NCBI RefSeq assembly: GCF_000002075.1
Contig: NW_004797378.1
Span: 1,073,957-1,137,956 of the forward strand
Direction of reading: 5' to 3'
From: Aplysia californica
Taxonomy: Eukaryota
Length of the DNA: 64,000 bases
Made by a program: the position numbers and the translations under genes. The notes beneath the pieces are model-generated. The model searched no databases and had not been told where the DNA came from. It saw nothing but the letters and a program-made list of their open reading frames with translations. This document shows, in pieces, positions 37,750-48,900 of the stretch (the stretch's first letter is position 1; each line of letters starts with the position of its first letter).

Positions 37750-40225
37750 CCTGGAAAGTGCCAGTTTTCAATATTTACAGAGACATCTCTTTGATAAGTC
37801 ACACGGGGAAAGAACATGCAAAGATCTTAGAACAGCAGATAAGACCTATTGAAGAGACAAACCCGAGCAAAGCTCAGTTTGGATTCCGAAAGGGAAGAGG
37901 ACACACGGATGCTATAGATTTATTCGCATTACGACAGCTATGTGAGAAAACCATCGAACACAGCAAAGAATTCAACATCGTCTTTATAGACCCGGAGAAG
38001 GCTCTTGACAGAGTGGATCATGCAAAACTGGAAAACGCTCGAAAAGTATGGCGTCAGAGGACAATTTTAAGATAATGGCAGAGCTCTATATACCAACAGC
38101 TGACGCTAAGTAAGAACAAAGGAAGACAATACAGACTGATTCAAAATAAGATCTGGAGTACAAAAGGGATTCGTTTTTTCTCCCATCCTGTTTATATAAC
38201 GGAAGACGCAAACTAAAGACCAAAAAGCCTAAAAAAACTTCTAATACTTTTATATGCAGACGACCAATAAGTGTCACGACGAGGTGGAATCAGAAGCTCG
38301 TCAATTTTGGGGCATGTGGAGTTATTGGTATCCTCTGAAAGCTGATTTATTTGCTTTGCTTCTAATGAAATAAATATCCATTTATCTTGAATAAAAATCA
38401 TGATGTTTGCGATTGAACGAAGTGAGGTCGCCTGGTTTCAGTGGTGGAATTAGCGAGAAAATGGCCGCCAAAGTTTGGTAATTCCAATAGCTAAATAGTC
38501 TTTAAAAACTGAAAAATGACATAATATATTGTACCTTTTATCAATGTTTTTCTGTAAAATTCACACGAAAATATGTTTTTATATGGACACGTAAGATGTA
38601 AAGCCAAAAAATAAAAATGCGATAAAATTTACAAACTGTTGGGAAAATGCGTTGTTTCTCAACACCTTCGTTATTTTGACGAGCGCCTGATTTCACAACG
38701 CTGTCTCACCCAATGTCTTATTCATCCAAACTAACAAAGCCTCTAGAATCATACAACACTGATCGGAACAACAGTTGCAAGAAATTTGACTTAAAAATAA
38801 GAACATCAAAAATAGAAGTTATGAAAGTGAGCCGAAACCATAGTTCCTTGAATATGCATGTCAAAAGTAAACAACAGAAACAGGTGAAGGAGTTTAAATA
38901 GATCTATATAGGCAACACTTTTTTCTGAAATCGGATCCATAGACAGAGAAATGCGACATCAAAAAGCCAACGCTGTCTCCTACCCGCTCGCACCCCTCAT
39001 ATCTCATCACAAAACAACTCCAAGTACATAAAGTGACAACTTATTACTTCAATATTTATACCAACATTATGCTATCAGTGCCAGACCTGGACTTAAAAAA
39101 AACCCCATGAAAGCAAAACCACTGCATGCAAGATGAAACGTCTCCGCAAAACCCTTTAGGGGAGGGGTTGGTTTATAAACCTAAATCGGTAACTATGGCC
39201 TTTTTAGATAAAGCCCTATAGCATTGAGGTATAACAGGAGAACATAATATGTAAAATGTAACTTTAATTTTTTTGTTTAAGTATACGGTTGCCTTGGTAA
39301 CGGCCGCCATATTGAAAATAAACAGCTTTCATTTGGTATTGAGTATATTTCTCCATGTACCAAAAATTTGGCTGGTAAATTTTAAAAATCCTTTTTTACT
39401 TTTAAAAATAATTTTGTATTTACCGACCAACAAATTTGGTACATGGATAGATATACTCAATACAAAATTCCAAACTTTGGGATCTTGGATATCTTGAATA
39501 GGAAAAAAGATAGAGATGGGTAACTGACCTACCCCCTCTTGTCTCTGAATTCGATTACATGTTCATCCATTTAACTCACTCATGAATGCTTCGATTTTTT
39601 CCCCACTTGTATAAAGTTAGGTTAGGGTTGAATAACAAGCCCTGAAAATTTCATTGGAATTAAAAGGAAAATTAAAAAAGTAGATGAGAAAAAAACATTA
39701 AAAAATGGGCGTTTTGCGAAAAACATAATAGGCAAGATCAAAGTTCTAGGACAGAAAATCGGAAAGATGATGATTGTAACACAAAAAGGAAGCACGTTTT
39801 AGATTTACAAGTGATTGGAGTTATATATTACGTACAAAGTCCGGATAGCATAAATTGATCAAACCCCTCCCCCCCTTTAACATCACAAGACGAGACAGAC
39901 AGAGAAATGAGGAAGTAAGAGCAGCTACTGGCACTGATTCCTGCCTGCATTTTATAGAAAGACAGAGAATAAAATGGTTTGGCCTCGACCTGTTACGTAT
40001 GTCACCTAGCCAGCAAGCCTCGAGAGCCTATAACACCAAGCACTGAAGGTAAAAAAGGAAGAGGAAGGCCACGCAAAAGGAGGATTGAGGGCGTCAAGGA
40101 AACCATGAGAAATCATAATTATCCAAATTAAATGAGCTGCGGAGCTGACCTACCACATAGAACTGCATCTCCCCTCGACGCTTAACAGCAACAGAGGAGG
40201 AAAAAAGTAAACGTAAAAAAGTAAG
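37750..40225 (+). mobile_element. Degenerate RTE-like LINE interrupted by two MITEs (~38277-38700 and 39158-39876)
   Basis: YRDISLISHTGK..AKILE..AQFGFRKGRG..DAI..LRQLCEK..VFID.EKA.DRV; later KQVKEFK and IERQRIKWFG; TIRs GTGGAATCAG..GCTCGTCAA and AGGGGAGGGGTT. Confidence 0.8.
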
Positions 40226-40546
40226 TACCGAGTGTTGTTGAGTGACTGTCATGGTCTGGTCACCGGTATACTATTGTTGTTGATCAGACAGAAGTATTAC
40301 TCAGATCTGTGTGCTTTCGATTGAAACATTGCTAGTGCAAAGTATTTCTCCCAGAAGAAGAAAAAAAGAGAAAGAATAAGTGTTCCTCACTCTCTAATAA
40401 AAAATAATGACAAAAATACTGAAGAACTATCTTAGATGAGAACATCTTCCTGCTAAAAGACAACACAGCAACACGCAATCTAAAACACAACCCCCCCCCC
40501 CCCCCCCCCCCCGAAAATATACTGCAATTACCCTTTGAACGGTATA

Positions 40547-41863
40547 TAGTGACGTCCCAAACAAACTTAAAAACGTAATCACCCACTCATCATATTATAG
40601 CCTTGCACTACCCGCTCATGCTGCAAACCAACTTAAAGCTTAATAAATTCTGCATCATCTGACACAATATTTCATCACGAGCGCGTGTTAATAGACGCCC
40701 AAGATTTTGTCACTTAAAATTTACTTTAAAAAATCAGGCTTGGCAAAGTTTTTCGAAATAGGAGGAACGTAAAATGGTGTTTTTGCGCGAGGAATGGACT
40801 TGTATAGAATATCAAATGAAAAGAGAAAACCACTGCCTCTACAATATACAGCATCTTCTGATGATACGTTTCAAACAGTTGGAAAACAGAACAGTTACGA
40901 ATTGTTTTTGTCAAGCAGGAAACCTTCTTTTTGCAAATGGACTTTCTTAGCTAGATTTTCGACATATCCATCTGTCATTGAGGAACAAAGGCGACGAAAT
41001 CTCCATGGTTTTGGGTGGTCTGGGGTGAAATGAACAAAACCACCCTCATGAGAATCACTCTATGGCTTGGTTTAGTGAACTACATCGCGCAAGTGCTGGA
41101 ACGGCATGTCTTACCCTTATTTCCGTCATGGTGTCATTCAAATAGCCGTCTCCATGCATAGCAAAGCACTTTCTCACAGTGCTATTGCCACTGGACAAAT
41201 TGTGGAACATTAGATTAAATCAATGTTATACTGGTCACCAATAAATAGCCCCGATATGGATCCCAAAGGTATGCAAAGTCCCATGAAACAGCAGCTAAAG
41301 AAAAGCGACTTTGCTCCCAAAACAGAAATTCTGTTTGCAACCCACTGTGACATTTGGGATGAAATGACACATAATTATATATAAAATTTAATAGAGTCAA
41401 TGGCCACTCAACAAAACGAATGGCCCCTAATCAAAATAACAATAAGGACATTTTAATATTAAGTCCAAGTTTTGCGTGATATAAATTTGTGATTGCTCTG
41501 TCTTCCATTTTGTTTGAAATCGTCACAAAATACAGTAGAAGCAAAATATCGTTTTTACAGAGACAAAATTCTCCATACGTTGGATACGCAATTCGTGTCC
41601 ATTCTATCAATATTGATGCTCCTCAATACACGCGTGAAGACACTTCTACGTTTCTTTGCTTTCGCACAATTTTGCTAACCCTGATTTTTTAAGGTCAATT
41701 TTTACCATATCTAAGGCGTCTCTTAAGAGATGATTTAATAAAGTGTCACAATATGACGCAGAATGTATTAAGCTTTAAATTGATGTACCACATGCGTAGG
41801 TAATGCGAGGCTTTAACACGATGATTGGGTGATTCCATTTTCAAGTTTCTTTGGGCGCCACTT
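40547..41863 (+). mobile_element. Fossil Tc1/mariner element with long (~130-bp) imperfect TIRs
   Basis: 40549-40670 is an imperfect inverted copy of 41740-41862; internal relic YIAQVLERHVLPLF (41081-41122) resembles Tc1 transposase. Confidence 0.65.
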
Positions 41864-42572
41864 TGGAGTACCACCAAGATGTGACAGGATTTCAAAAACT
41901 TTGTAAGGAAATGCAAGAAAATCAAAGGAAGTTAACATCACACAAAAGAAAGAAAACAAAACTGTCAAATAAAATAAAAAATCTCCACAGGCTTCCAAAT
42001 CTGTGCTTCCGATCAGTTCACTATGTCAAACCTTCAATGTTATTGAACTATCATTGAGAGCAAGATCTGAAAAACAAGAGCATTTCAGATTCATTTTGTA
42101 TATGGCAACATTTGTCCAAAATACAGAAGATTTCTTATAGTGTAATGGCGAAAAATATTTCACGTTTTCTTAGCTCCTCTTGTGGACTCTCTCAACTAAG
42201 TGCACTTTTGTCACATCAGCCCTGTCTCAAAGCAGGACGTTGAAGTTCACACACAATCATACACACAGACAATCCAAATCAACTGAGTTTTGAAACAGTG
42301 ACATCCCCAACTTGCACATTTTGAATATGACCAGAGCATGTCACAACTTTGTGGATAACACACACACAAGCACTATCCGTATCGTCGTTATATTTTTGAC
42401 GTTGATCTACTCAATATTGTACTCTTAAACATTCCATGTCTCTAGACTTTTGCTTAATTTTATATGCAAAATTCGAACATTTACAATATATGCATGAACA
42501 GGCCACAATGTTGTACAAACACACAGCATACATGTACCTCCGAACAAAACAATATCATTTTCACATCTCCCT

Positions 42573-45135
42573 CTAATCAGAACAGTTTCTTTCTTGTCGT
42601 GATGAGTTCTCTTGCTCTTCGTCCAGTACTAAGTTCCCCTGAAGGCAATTGCAGTCACAGCCAGTGAGAAATACAATCTGTGGGCTGAATAGTCTTTTAG
42701 CCATTTAATCCCTCTTTGTAAGTGAAGTACAACGACAGCAAGACTTACATTGGCTGCTGCATACTCAAAAGAGAGGCGAGACTCCTGCCTGGAGATTCCA
42801 GAAGCGACCAAGTCCATCATAGGTGGGTCTTTATCCCAGAACATGCAGCAGATCATAGCCATCGTCTGTACATCTCGTACTTGACCATAATGGGACAAGC
42901 TGAAAGACAAAATCCAAGCACCATGATTACTTGGAAACCACACAAAATAATACTGAGAACATTATCAAGATTTTCGATAATACTTTGTCATAGCTATGGT
43001 TTTATATTGGAAAATTTGTAGGAAATTTGTAAACTGCGCCTAAAAATATTTGCTTTCTACAAGTCAAACTTTTGCTTATATTTTCAACAAGCACTTTTTT
43101 TTAAAATTCCATGCTGTGACCACTTTCATTTTTAAAAGATTGTTAAAGCGAAAACATAGTTAACACTACAACATTAATAACAAATGGTGTGACACACGAC
43201 AACAGTATTAATCAAAACTTCAACTCTTTCAGAATAAAAAGACTTTTACCTGCTATAAGAAATCAGAACTTTCCTAACACTATTGTACTCACTCAATGTA
43301 ATATACATACCACAAAATGACATGAGAAAAAAATAAGCAGATACTGCCCCTGAACTTTACATTACTACTACTACTACTAATAAATAGCATTTGTATAGCG
43401 AGTGTCCCAACTCACCCCAGCAGACAATAGAACACTCAGAAACATTCTCAGCTTCCCGGGAAGCATATAGTGCAAGCAGCTGGTTTAGCGCTCAAACACT
43501 AACAAACTGACAAGATCTTTCACTGTCTATAGCTGGATACTCATTTTCACCTGGGTGAAGTGGGGAAAATTCGTGTAAAGTGCCTTTCCCAAGGACACAA
43601 CCACGGGCCCGCGGCTTGAACCCCCGAACCCGCAACCTCACGTTTACGAGTCCGGTAGCCTAACCACTAGGCCACCGACGCCACACATACTAGTGGCAAA
43701 CTGTCTAGAAAATAAACAGAGTACAGCCCATGTGAGAAAGAATGAGTTGATACCTTTTCGTAACAACGGCAAAAACAAAAATATGACAAGTAACATACAT
43801 AGCAAAGGTTGTTTTTTTTTTACTTTGTTTAGTTTTTTGTTTTGTTTCCACGCCCAAGAAGGTTAAAATACGAACAACTAATAACAAGTCAGGTTGTTGT
43901 TTTTTAATCCTCTTAAAATGTCTCGCAGACGACAAAACGTGAACAAAAGTACAACGGGAGCAAACACCAGCAACAGTGTCGTCAGCTCACAATGTTTCCA
44001 CTATGCCCCGACCAAACGGGTGGTACGCCCATGGAGGTCCCAGCTCTACGTTAGGTGAAGGACGTTGCACTGGATGAGACATCCGATGAATCAGTTTCCA
44101 CAGTTGAAACGTGGGGATTCAGAACAAGCTTCATTACTCGGAGTTAACTTGATGATTGTTGGAGTATTGAGTCATTTTATCTGTGCGGACCCGTCCGACG
44201 GATCTCCAACCTTATTATGATGGAAACTGTAAGCAAACAGACCCTGGGATGGATCCTGAAGAGGTTGGGGGGGGGGGGTAGAGCAGAGATGGACATGTTC
44301 CGACTGTAGTGACCCCAACACTGTGGACAAGGCGTGACAAGGTGTGTGTTATTTTGTATTCATTTGACCCCCTTCTCACGATGATCTAAATACCCAGTTG
44401 TGAACACTTGTGAATGGGAGGCAGAGGCTGTTCTTCAAGACTCAGTAAGGTTTTGATGGTTACAGACTTACATACCACACCGCCGGCAAACAATAATATA
44501 GAAAAGAATATTGTTAAAATAATTTACTTCATGTTCATTCTGACAACAGTCACAAATATCTTGCATCATGAAAACCTTTTTAACCAAGTTAGCTTTTTGA
44601 GTCTGTTAGTCAAGGCGAGCAAGGGTTGGTTTAATTTGAATAAATAGAAGTGCATCCACTATCCACCCGACAAAGATCCTTTAGCTCGGGGAAAAGGCAA
44701 AACAGACAGATAGAAACAACAAAAAGCAGTAGACCTTACAGTAGCATTCTCCAAACATCTACTGAAAAAAAAGATAAGCATCAAGAGACACAACCACAGT
44801 GTAGAGTTTAAATGCATCTCTCAATTTTCTAGGGTTATGTAAGTTTTAAGTGATATGACCCCCTTATTCAACATCCATCTCCAGTAGAACCGAGACAGGT
44901 GGACAGCGTTGAAATCTCCTCAAACAGAACAAGCTCAATAAATGCCCCACTGAGGGAACATGCACACCATTACAACTAAGAATATAAAGAAATACACTGA
45001 AATGTGTGTAGTACGTTGTAAAAAAAGACATGACAAGTACATAAAGATTCGTTGCCTGCACCACGTCCTTCGTCCAATTTTCATGGCCACCGCAGCATTG
45101 TGGTCACAAGTGCCCGGAGTATCCTGCAAATCTTG
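42573..45135 (-). pseudogene. WDR59: Decayed, intron-containing 3' fragment of a WDR59 (GATOR2/Sea3)-like gene
   Basis: Minus-strand exon relics in colinear order: 45135-45056 (DLQDTPGTCDHNAAVAMKIG..KDVVQ, 1-nt frameshift), 44103-43991 (LWKLIHRMSHPVQRPSPNVELGPPWAYHPFGRGIVET; acceptor reads CAA), 42899-42749 (LSHYGQVRDVQTMAMICCMF...), 42665-42573 (TGCDCNCL...stop). These match remembered human WDR59 segments ETCQKNAASALLVGRKDLVQ, PWARHPFGRQLLESL, LAHYCRLRDVQTLAMLCSVF and CPTGCGCHCL. The 43991/42899 junction is phase-compatible. Confidence 0.8.
43365..43685 (-). mobile_element. tRNA-derived SINE (Meta/MESC-like core, L2-like tail)
   Basis: Minus strand: GGTGGCCTAGTGG (A box), GGTTC.. (B box), GTTGTGTCCTTGGGAAAGGCACTTTAC..CACCCAGGTG core, tail CGCTATACAAATGCTATTT(AGT)n; absent from the homologous site at ~26160. 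Confidence 0.8.
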
Positions 45136-45836
45136 CCCCCAAAAATACATGAATAAAAGTCATCAAAACATGCAAGTGGTGAGATCCAATGTCTTTCAGC
45201 CCTTCTATATTACTTTTAGGACGCAACATGTCATACATACACAAAGAGCAGGAACAAAGATTGCTTAAATAGAACTTCTATTCAAGTCAAGAATATATTT
45301 TTAAAATGAAGGTACTTTATGCCCCCATTAACACAATTCAGATCATCCAGAAACTCACGGAGCCAACCCAAGCTGAGAGCAATACAACATCCCAGCAGAA
45401 AGACCGAGATACTTTATACTACAAATTCTTCCTTAATAGGAACCCAACTCAGGCCTTCCATGTGCGACGACAAAGTAATTTCAGTGAGAACTCTGGGGTC
45501 ACATAACGTGGCTATTGGTGATCAGAGATAAACAAGGTCACACAGATTTTGCTGGTTGATACACATATCTCTCCATTAGCAAGCTGTTCTCCTACACAGG
45601 GTCAGTGCCTGCAAACCCATTTCAGTTTTGTTATAGTACAGGTTTTACGGCGCTCGCAACTGCATAAGGTCATATGAGCGCCAAACCCATTTTCATTATC
45701 ACCAACAATCAAATTATACAGATATCAATCTATATGTGCCTCTTTTACTTTGATACACGGGGAACGAAACGGCAGAAATCTGCCAGCACACACATTTTAA
45801 TCATGGTAATTATATAAAGATGAGCTATCCAACCTG

Positions 45837-45846
45837 TATAAATATA
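45837..45846 (+). promoter_or_regulatory. TATA box of knottin copy 2
   Basis: TATAAATATA 78 nt upstream of ATG. Confidence 0.7.
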
Positions 45847-45914
45847 AACTGACAGTAGTTAACACCCCAACTGTTTTCGAACCAGCACACAGTCAACACC
45901 GCTCAAGATACATC

Positions 45915-48900
45915 ATGAAGGTCCTACTCTCTACACTGACCCTCATCATGATGATAGGCTTCAGTCACCAACAGATATGTAGGCGAAGGAACAGGGAATG
46001 TCAGGTGAACTTACACATAGAGAAAAATGGAACAACATTGTACTCTTTGTTCATTACAACAAGCTAAACCTAATGATTTTACCACCATGAAGAGATTTAA
46101 AACGTTAGCTAAGCGTCTGGAAAGTTTATTCACCTTGCTTCATTTTGCTGAAATCTGCATATATGTAATGTAATGGCAAGGCACATGGATATGACAATTC
46201 ATCTAGACATCAATATTTCAATAACAGTTTTTGAGGAATCAGGACAGGAACGTCAAAGGGACAAAAAAAGAAAGCCCAGATTTCATGTTCAACCATAAAC
46301 TATTCTAAAAAATTAAGTTCACTGAAACTGCCAGGCCCTTTGAATTATGAAACTGACTCTTTTTTCCTTTTAAAACATGGAACCAATTTTTAGTTTTAAA
46401 GACACCAAGACAATTTATTGAAAAATTCAGGAGTTTCCTACATGTACTTAATGGGTCTTTTCAATCTACCTTTAGGTACAAGGAAAAGATATCATCTTTT
46501 CCAAAACACCAACACTTAATTCTCATATTTTTTTACAAAACAGAATATTACAAAAGTGTTTGTGCTCATGAGTCTGGAACTTACGAAAAACAACAAACAA
46601 ACACTGTAAAAGGCCATTACGGGACATGGTCTGTTCAAACTTGTGACACCATGGGGCCTGATATTTACAGAAATGTGACAGACTATGCAGTTAAAACAGT
46701 ACCACTCAACTCCTCCAAAACGCAGTTCTCTGGAAATATCTGTGTTATTTCCCTTTTTGGCTGACTGTGAGGATACACCGGAAAATAAAGAAAAGAATGC
46801 AAAGTAACAAAAGAGACATGGGTACATGATTAGTATAAAAAATAGAGAAGATTCGAATAAAAGATTGCAAATACGAGCATTCTAAAATCAAAGATGTAAG
46901 TGGGAAGATAGGATGCCCTATGAAAAAGTCTAGCACCAGAGACATCTAAAACAGTGTGGCTTTGTTCTTGACAAGGGTACCTGGAATGCTATAACCTAAC
47001 AATACGAATGGAAAGGAAGATTGAGGCACAAAAAGATGTATATTTATGTTTCATTGATTAATCAAATGCTTCCAACAAACGCAACCAGCTATTCAAAATT
47101 CTGAGAAAGCTAGGCATAGATTGAAAGAATTTAAGAACTCTTTGGGAATTTTTACTGAGACCAACCCCGCTACAAAATTGAGGGAAAGAACAGAAGATGT
47201 AAACATATTTTAAGAGGTATTAGGAGTGGCTGTATACATCCCAAGACATCTTTAACGTATACACTGAAACAATTCTAAGAAGTCCAAATGAAAGTACAGC
47301 ACTCAAAGTGAATAGAGAAAGTATTAACAAAATCACATATTCTGAGATTGAGTTTAAGTAAAGAGAAGCATTTTGACACAATAATGCCAATGGTCATTTC
47401 GTGCAGGGAAGAAGCAATCAACAGAGGGAAACAAAAGAAGTGGGACCTGTCAGTGGCGCCGCCCAACAACTTTCAGATATGCTGACAACTTACGTTTAAT
47501 TGCACATTCATGGACCTTCCATTGTTTCTAAATATTTGTGTAATGGAAAGTGGAAAAAAGAGGTTATTTTCAAATGTTCAGAAACTAATTGGCATTGCAA
47601 TGTCTAAAAAAAACCCTGTTAATCCGATTAGTAACCTTGTAAGCAAAGGTGAAAAGATTCAGCACATAACACTCTTCAGATATCAAGGAAATACAGTATA
47701 TCATTACATTCAATGCCACGTGTACCCCGGAAAAAATCCCCAAAATTGCAATAGCTAAAGACAGGCTTTTTTAATGAGTCCAGTCCTCAAAACAAACATC
47801 TCACTGAAAACCAAAAGAAGAGTTTTAAAAGACTGTGTGTCGCCAACCCCTCTCTGTGGCTGTGCAGCTGTGAATGCTGACCCAAGACAAACACAATACT
47901 TAAAGAAAAAGAAGTGTGTTTTCATAGGAGACCATTGGAAGGAAAAGAAATCAAATAAGATAGTGGGAAGGAAGCGTGAGGGGGTGCTCACTAATAAAAA
48001 CAGAAAGAGACAAATACAGTGTCTGGACTTTTGAAAAAGGCCTTGAACACCTTGTTCTAACTGGAAAAACTGAGGGCAAAAAGAGACAGGACACGACCAG
48101 GAACTTAGGAAAACGAACTGATGGGTGACAGGGACTAATCAGGAAAGTGTTCGGTTTTTTTTAGAGCATCAGAGAAGATAAATAAGCGGCAAACCATGAC
48201 TGTCAATGTTTGTTTCTGATTTGCCACTTCATGAGGATGATAATACTGTTACAGATAAAAATCCCAGCAGATGCAAATATCCAATTCCTACTTGAATTTG
48301 TTTAGAAAAAAATATGTATAGAGTCTTTCCCAAAAATGTATCTCTGACTGAGCAGCCAGCAATCAAACGGCGTGCTTGAGTTAAAAAGAAGGCGGTAAAA
48401 TCATAAAGGCCAATTCCAGCATAGAAGAAACAGGATAGACAGACCAACAACAGACGGATAGAGCATAAATACCTCCTACATGTGGCACCCTTAAACCACT
48501 CACTGTGATAATGTTCTGCCCTCTAACTCAAACAAACAACATGTTGCTTTCACTATTCAGGTTGGGAGAAACCAGTGCTGTGACAACTTGGTCTGCAGGC
48601 AAAAGAATCTGGGATCTTCCAGAACAACATGTCAGTTGAGAGATACGGTAGGCCAATGCAGGTCAGAGGACCAGGCATGCGACACAGACCTCAACTCCAG
48701 ATGTTGCGCAGGTAACTTGGTTACTGTTGTCCTGGTAACTAATCACACTGTCTCAACAGACGTTTGCCTGATTAATTAAGTTCTGGGCCCTTTTAGCACA
48801 GTGTGATGTTTCCATGAAAAAGAACAGAGGAAACTTTAGGGACTGTGTTTGGTTATTCTGAGAACCATCCAACAAAAAGAAGTTGGTGATTGTACAGGTT

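Noticed and set aside
42573-45135. Functional WDR59 gene spanning the window
   Set aside because: Frameshift, dead acceptor and missing internal exons; reported as a pseudogene fragment.
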